A DNA stretch of 64,000 nt from Octopus bimaculoides. Lineage: Eukaryota. The notes below the pieces were generated by a model, which saw nothing but the letters and a program-made list of their open reading frames with translations, did not search any database and was not told where the DNA came from. Numbering within the stretch: the first letter of the stretch is position 1; the number at the start of each line of letters is the position of its first letter. The stretch covers positions 57,535,272 to 57,599,271 of the forward strand of contig NC_068981.1 in assembly GCF_001194135.2 (NCBI RefSeq), given 5' to 3'. Positions 36,201 through 48,600 of the stretch are shown piece by piece. Made by a program: the position numbers and the translations under genes.

Positions 36201-39200
36201 AAAAATACACAGCAAAAAATACCTTTGAAATATTAATGTAATATGATTAGCTAGCTGCAATATTTGGCACATTTGGTTAATCTAAATGTGTTATGGCCTC
36301 TCAGGTTTAATGTTGCACTATTTTAATGTTAAATCATGTACGGACATGTATTACTATTCATGCCAAAAGTAAGTGCCAATAAGATCATTGGCTTCATCAT
36401 CATCATCATCACTTAACATTCGCCTTCCATGCTGGCATAGGTGGTTCAATAACTAAAATTGATCCCCTCTTTACCAAACGGGTCCTGTTTCTGTTTAAAC
36501 TTGTTAATATAGTCATAATTGAACTGTATGCTCTATAGAACAGGAGATAAGCTACAAGTGAACTGAGACTGTGATATAGTTTTTGATTCCAGATTGAAAC
36601 CATTCTAACTCACATTGTGATTGGAAAAGTCATAAACCTCACAATATTTCAAATCCTCACTCCTCTAAAGAAACTGCTATATTTATGGTTACCATTTGGA
36701 ATAAAATTTGATTTTCGATGATGATAAATGATTTCTCCAAATGTTCTTCCAGTGGATGTTACATAATTACTTCAAATGTCCAAGTGGACATTCATACAAA
36801 ATGTCTTTAAATGTCTATCAAAGTGAACATATAACAAAATTTCCATGATTACACCACTTATCTGCACATATAATTATACAGACACACACATTTCTACAAA
36901 AAATATACATATATGTATAATATTTCTCAGTCAAAATAAATAGAGTCTTACAATTTCCAGCTGCTAACCAATAAATAGCTTCACAAGCTGTGACATAAAT
37001 GTTGCTGTCTTCATTTTGTTGCAGGATTGTTCCCAGACATAATGTATGAACTGGATACCTGTAAAGATTAAATCTAGAATTAACAAACTATACTTATTTA
37101 AAGATCATTCAATAATGATTTTATTTAAATTTCGCATTTCCACACACATATATATTCCAGTTAGAGTATGGTTGAAAATCATAACAATGTAGAATAAAGG
37201 AAAAAAGGAATTTATTCTAAGAAAATTTTGACACAAATGGAAGCCTTCTTAATTTTAAGTGTTGGAATTATTTGATAATAGTAAAGAATTGAAATTTGAA
37301 AAATAGTACTGAAATGTCTCCAGCCAATGGTGTAATGAGATAAATGCTGTGTTAAAAGTATCCCACTGGGCTGAATTAAAGTCAGAAACTTAGCTCAGTG
37401 AGATGTTTTAAACTATCCCATTTCCCTTTCTAGAAATCAAATATCATCAGATATTTAAATTGCTACATTGCTGTATGCTGTAACTCTGTTTTGCAGTTCC
37501 TAACAGTGCTCTGGTTTAACTTCAAAACTTTTAGTACCTTCTCCAATCCTCCTAAATCAGTAGGGGCTCTACATAATAACAATCAGCATGCACACACTAC
37601 ATATTGATCATCAGAATACTGCTGCACACAACACAGTAGTCTCTGAAACTTCTTAAGGCCTTAAATTTTTGTTGAAAGGAGGTTTGTTAATTACATCAAT
37701 TCCTATGCTCAACTGGTACTTATTTCATCAACCTCAAAAGGAAGAAAAGCAAAGTTGACTTTGGTGGAATTTGAACTCAGAATGTAAAGAGAGACAAAAT
37801 GCTTAGTGTCATTTTGTTCAGAATACTAACAATTCTGTCGACTGACCATCTTACTTTAATCATAAATAGTAATGAGTAATTTTATGCAATGTATAAACTG
37901 AAAAGAAAAATAATTGTACCAATAAGAAACTTTCAAAATATCAACTTACTGATTCTTTGTGGAATCTTCCCCAACGCTATCAATAAACTCTGGGTAATTC
38001 TTCAATATTTCAACAACAGTTTTATAACCTATGATCTGTATCAAAATTTAAAAAAAAAAAAACGTTATCTTCTCAATAAAAACGATATAAAAATGATGTG
38101 TTGTTATAGGTTCAACTTATTAATGAGTAATCTTTGTCAAGAGCAAATATTTAAGCATTATATCCCTGAATAAAAGAAATGACCTCAACTTCAGTTTTCA
38201 TCTTTCTCATTCTTCTCCATGAAGTAAAGAAGATTCCCCCATCTGGGCAAAACTGGTTCTGGAAATATATGTATATGTCTACCACTAGGCCCCTTGCTCT
38301 ATTTCCTTTTCAAGACATTCCTACTGCCCAACATTTCTCTAACTGCAGTATTCTGCTGCTGTAATTAAATATGAGCAGAACTGCATATTTCACCAGCTTT
38401 TTCCCTGTGACCACTTATCTTTCTCACAACCCAGAAACATTTCACTTGAAATACATCCTTCATTCTTAATATTATCCTCTCCACCTGCATCACCTTCCTG
38501 AGCTACCAAATTAGCTCTCCTACTTCATCAAAATAATCATTCACTCTCTCTATGCTTGCCTCACCCACCTCTTGCAATCTACATCCCATACATCTCTGTC
38601 TCTCTTCCAACTCATGTATCAGTGATCACCCATTCTTATCTACTGTTCACCACATTCAACCCTCAACACCACTGAATCTTTACAGTTGTCACCTACTCTT
38701 CCATACCTTTCCTACTTATCATCCCTCAACATTTGCCCATCATTCATTATATTCATCCCCTCATCTAAACCCCATTTGTCACTCCCAATACACTCTTGCA
38801 ACCCCTACCAGCTGAGACTTCCTGCTTTTCCCCTACTCACTGCTATAGGGTGTGGACACACCCTATAGCAGTACATCACCAGAGAGAGGACGAAAGATAA
38901 GTAATTTTTTTAACCAATTATACTCATACCTAAAATATGTAGCCTTGTACCATAATTAGAAATCATTGTTAGTATAATTTATAATTAGTATTATTTGTCA
39001 TTATTGTTTTTATTAGCATTAATAAACTACTATAGAAAATTTTTTGAATAACTGGAATTCAGAAAAAGGAAAGAAAACTGAATTATGAAATTAACAATCT
39101 GCTCTCACCTGAACTTTTGATGATACCATATGTTTGAAAAGTGAATTATAAATAGGGAAAATCCATTTTTCAATTTGGTCAACACAATGAAAGCTCACTA

Positions 39201-41968
39201 ACAAAGAAAATGAAATACTTTATAATATATTAGTTAAAAATTAATATTCATACATGTAGATATGAAGCCTCTCACTTTTGTAAGTGAAGGCACTATTGAA
39301 AAACGTTTTTGAGAGAATATGTAGGGAAACTCAGTCTGACAGAACATATTCTTTTTCAAGCTATATCACTATAAGAACTGAAACCACCTCTTCTATCCAA
39401 AGAAACATAGTTCAATTTTAAAGTGATCTCACTGGCTAACAACAGTATACTTTAACTACATCTGAAACTTTTCACAACTAGTATGAATCAGCTACTAAAA
39501 ATTAATTTACCCTAAGCATTCAGCTAGCTCAGCCTACTTCACTGAATACAAAGTAATAAGCTGGACATTGAATGAGATGTGGCCTGTTATACAGTAGCAT
39601 TTTATACAATAAAATTATAAAAAATTATAAAAGACCATGTGACATGATCCAGGTTCAGATTAATATTAAGACTAAATAAATAAAGTGAAATGAATAGAAT
39701 GAAATAACAAACGTTTATATTTTCAATTCGTAATATCTATCAACATTAGAGGAACAGACAATTGGAATTATGTCTGCTTGGCAGTTATACCTTTAGAGAT
39801 ATAGTGCCAGCTAAAAGTGAGATTTGAAACAGGATTGTAAATTTGTCAGTGTAATCTTATCTCTTTTTCATAATGCTTGCTATTTCATTAAAAATTAAGA
39901 CTTATCTGATTACCCTCACCTCAAGTATTTAATCACCTATTCATGGTCAGATTTTTATTTTCACTAGGGTTAACTAAGTCCACTTCTAGACAATTTTCCC
40001 AAATCATTAAACTAAGGAACACAAAAATAAGTAACTGAATATTAATTAAAAGAATGTGGAAGTTATTAAATTAAGATTGCTGTCTTACCTGCTATTTTAA
40101 GCAACTTCAACCCTTCAATAGTAATACAAATGTTTTCAGAATAATCTCTTAAGATTTTAGAAAGGTCTCTGGCTATAAAACCAGTGTCAGCCAAGTAGCA
40201 AAAAACAGCTGAAATATATGAAAGTAAAAAGTTATTGGGCAGATTGTAAAATATATAACACCAACAGTAACAACACAATAAAACTACTAATAAAATCTTT
40301 TGTATTATAACAGCCAAATTTCCTTTGTTATAATTTCTAAATCTCCATATTATAACAGCCAAATCTCCGTATTACAGTATCTAAATCTGCATGTTAAAAT
40401 AACCAAATTTCTGCATTATAACAGCTAAATCTCTTTCAACAAAATCCTTTCTTTCTGAAGAATGAGAACAGTGTATTAGAGTCTAAGTTCTTATGACAAC
40501 ATGCTTTATAAGAAAGATTTTATTTCTAAAGCTCATGTAGACCTTAGTATTATTATTTTAGAAGAATTATAGTTAAATCTCCCACTAGAATGGTTGCTTT
40601 ATCAAGAAATATCCCAGCTGACCTACAGTATTCCTGATGGGTGAACTAAGACACTATTTTTCAAATTGGCAAAATCCAGCCTACCCACTTATTAGTGAAA
40701 ATGTGTTGCCCCTCCCTCCCTCCCTCTTTAACAGTGAAAAGACAAAAGGAGGTTTGAATTCATATATTTTTTTCTTTCTTTACCCTGGTAAATGCTTGAG
40801 ACTGTGGATAAACTTAAAAAGTTTAAAACACTCTCAGTTTCAATTAAACATGGTAATTTGCCACTTTTTCAACACTCAAAGCCACAACAAAAAACACTGA
40901 ACTAAGACATGCAGAGTAAAGTGGTTTACCTAAGCACACAACAAAACACTGGCAATTGATTTGAACTCAAAATTTATGAACTCCTGTAAATAATAGCTCC
41001 AGCCAATAATATCAAATTTTTCACAAGATAGAAGGAATGACCATAGAAAATTTAGTCAAATGGTTTCTTTTCAGATACCTCTGTGCTATAAAACTGAGAC
41101 GTTTCAATGAAAGTGCAAAATTGAGCTAGTAGGAAACCGTAGCAATCAAACCGTATCCCAATTTCATACAATCATAATTTCTAGTATGTGACTGGTGAAA
41201 TAATGTAAAATTGTGTATCATAAAGGAAGGTGACTTTTAACATTTCAAGCAGGTCACAAGAACTAATAACCTCTCCTTGTGGCATATAAATTGGCTTAAT
41301 TTTTAATTAGATTTTACCAATAAACTAAACACTACTATCTTCAGACTCCAGAGTTTTCATAATGTTTGATTTACTCCATACCACTTGTCATTGGTCTATT
41401 CAAGCATAATGAAAATAATGATAACCTCTAACAGTGCTGTCATCCCTACCGTCAGCAGTACTACTGATCCAACTACAACATGGAATTATCATGTGAGATA
41501 TTTTTTCTGAAGTCAAAATTAGGTTATGTTAAAATATACTTTTACAAAAATTATCATTTTGCAATAATCTATTCTAATAGATAGGGAAATGTACATTTAA
41601 TCTTAACAGATATAAGGCCTTAATATTTAAGGAAAATAGAGATTTATTAGGTTGTGAAGTTTATGCCATTTCCAACATAAATGAAATAAAACATCTTCAG
41701 TCAGGAATCAAAACCAAACCCCTTCACTGGTGGCTTTTGATACACATTAGAAACTATAGCAAGAGAAATGTTTTAGCCTTACATTTATTCTCCAAGTTGA
41801 CCAGCATTTTCATGATCATCTCCAACAGAGATTCATTTTTTAAATACTTGCAGAGAATAGTACACAGATGCTCATGAATATTATTTTCAATCAAGGTGTG
41901 ACACAGGTACTCTGTAAATTAAATATCAATATAAAGTAATTGCACATTTACGAATTCACTGCATGCTT

Positions 41969-42016
<48 letters not shown>

Positions 42017-42815
42017 GAAAATAATGAAGAAGCCAATGGTAAGAATTTGGACAATCATGTTAAAAGGTGGAGTACCCTGAGTAATAAATAAAGAATTTAT
42101 TGTAGCAGTAATCAGTACACCATTCTTCCAGTATTTTAATCATTGTTTCAATGTTCACTTTTGCACACTTGTATGGATCAAATGGAATTCATTGAAACAT
42201 TTTTCTATGGTTTGATGCCCTTCCTGTCACCCACACTCACTGTTTCCAAGTAAGTTGACATGATCTCAACAGAAGACTGGAAATGAACAATATTGCTGGC
42301 ATGACAGAATGTTCATCACATGCTGTCAAGACAAGAGTGTAAACACACACACACACACACACACACACATGAATATATGTTTCCAAGCAAGGTCATATTT
42401 TTCCACCACCAGGTGTTCTCATAGAAATTAGCTTACATACAGTTTCCACCTTTTACTCACTTGATTTGTGTGTAAAACTGAGGTTTTGGTGAAAGACACT
42501 CATCAAAAGTGTTATGATCTGTCACATGATTTGGTATGAAATACTCCACATTTTACCAGATAACAGATTTAATCAAGTGGATATTCTCTTATTCATTTAC
42601 TTGTTTCAGTCATTTGACTGTGGCCATGCTGGAGCACTGCCTTAAAGGGTTTTAGCCGAAGAAACCGCCCCCAGGACTTATTCTTTATAAGCCTAGTACT
42701 TATTGTATTGGTCTCTTTTACCAAGCTGCTAAGTTACAGGGACATAAACACACCAGCATTGGCTGTCAAGCAATGGTGAGGGGGGGGGGGAGCGAGACAA
42801 GTACAGACACAGATA

Positions 42816-42856
<41 letters not shown>

Positions 42857-44689
42857 NNNNNNNNNNNNNNNNNNNNNNNNNNNNNNNNNNNNNNNNNNNN
42901 NNNNNNNNNNNNNNGTGTGTAACGAAGTTTAATTTGGTAATGATTGAAGTTTAGTGTGTGACGGTAATATGGTAAACAATACGATGGATTTGGTACACAG
43001 TAGGATGGATGTAATCTGTTTGTAAAGATTGGTTCTTCGTTGATTGCCATTATGTAAAGATGAAAGAACAGTGATTGAAGTTGTGAGGAAAATATTTATT
43101 TAACCGTTACATTATACAATACCTTGCCTCAACAAGCAGGTGATGAAATCGTAAAGCATGCGAAGTAAAGATAGATGGAGATTTTCCTTGTATAGTTTGT
43201 GTTTTTTATGTTCTTGTCATTGTGTAGTAGTAATTACTGATAGAAATAGAGTGATGTTGTAAGAGACAATAAAGTGAGCTAGTAAGAGTGAGAGAATGTA
43301 GGAAGTTGTCTCATATTGTCGCTGACTGTAAACTTTCTTTCTCTTTCCCTCTGACCATTTGTCTGCCTGCTTGTGGCTATGATTCTAGTGGTCGGTTCAC
43401 TAACTGATGTTAGTTATCTCACAACTCATGAGTTGTCACTGAGTTGTCACCAAGTGACTAACTGATTTTTACTTGGGGTTCTTGCTTTTATAACTATCCA
43501 GGATAGACATATCGTTGAGAACAATGGATTTAGTTGGTGGTACTGTGATATCTTAATTCTAGCTTTTGGTGAAATAGAAGAGGTCAGAAAGGTCAAGTGG
43601 TGAAGACATTATTTCGGCTTAGCTAAGGCATATGGAAAATGTAAAACTGCTGTCACAGAAAATCTATTGTTCCACTGTGAGAAGAGTTCTGTTGAAGTTA
43701 TCATCATCATCATCATCATCGTTTAACGTCTGCATTCTATGCTAGCATGGGTTGGACGATTTGACTGAGGACTGGCGAACTAGATGGCTATGCCAAGCTC
43801 CAATCTGATTTGGCAGAGTTTCTACAGCTGGATGCTCTTCCTAACGCCAACCACTCCGAGAGTGTAATGGGTGCTTTTACGTGCCACCGGCAAGCAGGCC
43901 AGTCAGGAGGGTACTGGCAACGGCCATGCTCAAAATGGTGTATTTTATGTGCTACCTGCACAGGAGCCAGTCCAGCAGCACTGGCAACGACCTCGCTCAA
44001 ATGTCTTTTCACATGCCACTAGCACAAATGCCAGGAAGGTAACACTGGTAACGATTATGCTCAAATGGTGCTATTTACGTGCCACTGGCATGGAAGCCAG
44101 ACAGCTACGCTGGCAACGATCATGCTCAGACGGTGCTCTTAGTGCTCCACTGGTACAGGTGCCATCATGATTTTGCTTTCACTTGCCCCAACAGGTCTTT
44201 GCAAGCCGAGTTCAGTGTCCAATGAAGGAGACGTTGGCATGGGTGCTAGTCGTCGAATTTAGTTCAATTTCGATTTCACTTGCCTCAACAGGTCTTTGCA
44301 AGTGGAGCTTAGTGTCCAATGAAGGAAAGGTACACATAAGTGGGCTGGTTACACCCCTGGCAGAGGCCATGGATTATGGTCTCACTTGGCTTGCCGGGTC
44401 TTCTCATGCACAGCATATTTCCCTTGGATGATGAAATATCTCACACTCTTTAGCATTTAAACTGGTCATTTCTGGCCAAAATATTTTACCTGTATTATGT
44501 TCAAATTAGCCTACAATATCATTCTAAAAATTAACATCAAAATCTTATATCTACAAAATAATGCATGATTAATTCAAAATAAGGTGAGTAAGCATAGGAT
44601 AATGTGAATGCTAAAGGGTTAAGTCTTCAGGAGGCAACTGATTTCTTCAGTACTCTTGAGTTTTGTATCTGGTCTCAACATAGCATCAC

Positions 44690-44741
<52 letters not shown>

Positions 44742-45626
44742 CATACAGAAAGGTGGTGATACTGACGATAACAACTGAAAGGAGTAAATAAACAACTATT
44801 CAAATATGTCAATATTTTTACCTGAACTGCAGGATATGATGCTATAGATGGGAAGAACAGCTTCAAAAATGTCTTGCTTTAAAAGGTTTTGGAAACACAA
44901 CGCATCAAATATGTGTAGATTTGACACAAAAAAATCTAAAGGAAGAACTTCTACATAAGAAAGAAAAAAAAAGAGAGGAAAAAGAATGAAGAATTAATCT
45001 GTAATGATTTATTAGTTAAGTAAAACATTAGCTGTAATTGTTTAGTCTCAGGAAGGGGGTATGCATTCATTAAACAAACCTATGTTATGGTTACAGATGT
45101 TCCAGTCATGTCCATCTCTTCTTATTCAGGTATATTGTATTTGGCTCTACCTTTTTGTGGTTCATATCCTGCCACTGCATGTGGATACAAATCTAATAGA
45201 GAGAACCTCTATGTGGTTCTCTCAACCAGCTAGAAAGAGCAGCCATCTCCTTTAAATCCTCACATTATTGAAAAACATGCATTCAATAATGTAGCTCTGG
45301 ATTCCTTGCATTTAAGAAAAAGACACTGGATAATCATAGCTGGAATGCTTTCAATGATAGATCACCAAATCAGAACTGACCCGGCGCTAAACTATTAATC
45401 TACATTTTATTTAATCACTAAATAACATTTGTTTTAATGTTTCAGACTTTTATCAAATACATTATCAGTCAAGTGTTCTGTCTAATCATAATGCCTCCAC
45501 CACAAACACATTGCTAATTTATAGTAATCTCTATAACACTAAACAAATTAATTATCACTGTATATGTCAAGTAGTAGTAGTAGTAGTAGTAGTAGTAAAA
45601 GCAGCAGCAGCAGCACCAGCAGCACC

Positions 45627-45669
<43 letters not shown>

Positions 45670-48600
45670 ACAGCTGGTGTTGTTGGTATTGTTGTTATCT
45701 TTGTTGTTGGCATTGGCAGTAGCAGCAGCAGCAGGACGATTTATTAAATAGTGTTTAATTTCTCCAAAATACTGAACTGTAGTTTATACAATATATTTTG
45801 ATTTTTGTTAGTTTTATTAATCTTAATTATCTAGTGGGAGAACAGAAACTATTGTGATAAGTATGTGCTGAAAAACTTGAAACTTCAGTTCAGTGAAAAG
45901 ACTAAAAACTTTAAGGTCTGAGTTTTAGATAAATTAAAGGTAAATTCACATCATCATAGCTCATCTTTTCAAATTGCAAATACTAATATATTACCAACCA
46001 CGGTTCTGCCAAATTGCAAAAGTTTATTTTTCTAATTTGTTCTAATAGATGCCAACTGCAGATATGAAAATCTAAATGCTTATTTTTGATTGAAAAGACC
46101 TCGAAATATGTTTTAGCTTCTGATATTTTGGCTATAAACTCTAATTAAACATTTCACCATACAGCATATGACATCATCTTTGTATATATGTAAGCATACT
46201 TAATCATGCTTTGAAGATCGTTTTGGGTCTTCCAAATCTCCTAAGATCCTTTTAAGACTCATTATACCTGAGTCTGTACCCTCTGAGTGAAAAAGAGACA
46301 TTTTTCAAACCCTGTAAAATTAGATATCCTTGAACTGCTATGATCCCTGATGCAATTAAAGCACTGTATTATAGGTCCACTATCCAAGTTTCAGACCAGT
46401 AATGTTGCAATGTACCCTTAGGTAAAACACACAACTACCTCAGAGAATCTAACTGAAAACAGGAATCACATTACATTGTGAGTTTGTTCACAAGAACAAA
46501 CTCCAACAATTCATGCAGCAAGTGTACACTAAACGTTATAGTTCAGCTATCATTCAAACTACAGTTATTTTGTTATGTGAGAATTTTAGTTTTCTGCTGT
46601 CAGCCTCTTTATAAAGATCTATGACCTGTTTAAGCAGAGCTAATCAGGCTCTTAACCAACATATTTGTACAGAAATCTCCAGAAATAATTTTAAATTATT
46701 GGTTTTCTTTCTGGCTAATGGGTAACACATGTAAATGCTGACTCAATTACAAAATGTCTTTTCTAAAATATTACAAGGATGCTTTAGATCATATTCTAAT
46801 ATATTTATCAAACCTACTCTTGAACTTATTTCTTGCTTTCAACTAACATAACTCTCTTGATAAATAAATTAATTCCAAATTGTATGGATACTGCTGGCTG
46901 CCTTAAAAGTTTGCAGCAACATCTTTTTGTAAATAAACAAGCAAAATCTATAATTTATTTTAATGTGTAGAAACACCACTAAAATTCAATGAGAATAATA
47001 CATTCAATGAGAATTATATATACCTGATTGAAATAATTGATTCAAAGTTTGAAGAGCAGCAGTTTGGACATCTACAGATTCCTTGAAGCCAGCTAGTAAA
47101 ACCAGAGACAGTTCAGCCACTTCCTTTTGATCCACATTCACAAGTATTGCTGCATCAAATTCAGTTTCAGAAGAAAAATAGGAAAAATATTCAAATTACT
47201 TTTAATAACATACATATGATATAATAATTTTTCTTCCATACAGTACATAGAATACAGGACACATTATCCTTAAAATGATTACTCACATATATACATACGT
47301 ATACACACATACACATATATCCCTTCTCCTCTTCCCCCACCCCCTCTAGACCCCACCATGATCTCTCATACTTCTCTTTCTTTCAATGATTAAGGATTCA
47401 TCTCTACCCTAGTCTACGGCTCCCTTCTTGTCCCCTTTCCCTCACACCTTGTTTATACCCATCCTATGTACTGTTGGATAGCTCTGGTCCCTATCCACTC
47501 TCAACCCATCATCTTCCAACTGTTCTTCTGGAAAAATCAGCTTCAAATAGGGATTTATCTCATCTTCTTAGCTTTAAAATTTTATATATCAGCAAATTAT
47601 GATTCTAACCAATAGCATTGACTTGATAAAACATATCCTGAATATGACAGGAACAACCCTCATTGGTTTAAAAATTCATATATCTTCTGACATGAAAATA
47701 ACTGCTCCTCAACCATACTTGCTAACAATGAAATATCTCTGTGTACAGACATGGTATAAACAAAGGACACAAACACCAGGAAAATATTTGAAGGCAAATG
47801 AACCACAATATATAACATTCACAGAAAAGTACAAGAGTTATGAGCCGGGGATTAAAGAGAATGAATTATTTACACTGATAAAGAGTTTTGAACCTTGACC
47901 TGAACATTTTTAAGATTAAGAGATAATGTTATGACACATTTAATATAAAAGTAGCAAGACTCAAGAAGTTTTCTTCTTTTATACTACATAATATGAGGAT
48001 ATGGGGGCTGCAAGTAAGAATTTAGGGAAATTCTACTCACATTTATTTACAAATAATTTCATAAGTTTCATGCCAGAAGCTTGAATTATTTCATCAGTTA
48101 AATGCTCTTGCATTGTATTCATTACCAACCTGTAGAGAAAAGAATTTGAGTTAGATAATAACAAGAGCATTCAGAGAGTGCAAACCTCTGCCAAGGCATC
48201 ACCAACGTCCTCTCAACGATTAGCTAGAGATGATTTTTAAAATGAGAATATCTGAAATAAACTCTACTGCTCTCACAAATGAGAATACTAAAAATGAACC
48301 TGACCACTCTCAAAAATTAAGTATAAAAAAAAACAGGAAAAATAATCCAAAATCCTTGTCTGGTGCCGAATCAATCCCAAAATCTAATCAGTTTGTGCTA
48401 GTCATGGGGCCAAACATCCCTGAAAGTTTCATCTGAATCCATCCAGTGGTTCTTGAGATATTTTGTTCATGGACAAACAAACAAACAAACATGACTGAAA
48501 ATAATACCTCCGCCTTCACTAAGGCAGAGGTAATAATAATAATCCTTTCTACTATAAGCACAAGGCCTTAAATTTGGCAGGAGGGAGCTAGTAGATTACA

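Noticed and set aside
38839-38890. Hammerhead ribozyme reading of the hairpin (CTGGTGA...GAAA on minus) and of 19150-19180
   Set aside because: Catalytic core mismatched, stem II not flush with the core, no stem I partner.
45511-45747. Poly-Val/Ala ORF
   Set aside because: Trinucleotide microsatellite, non-ATG start, no splice context.
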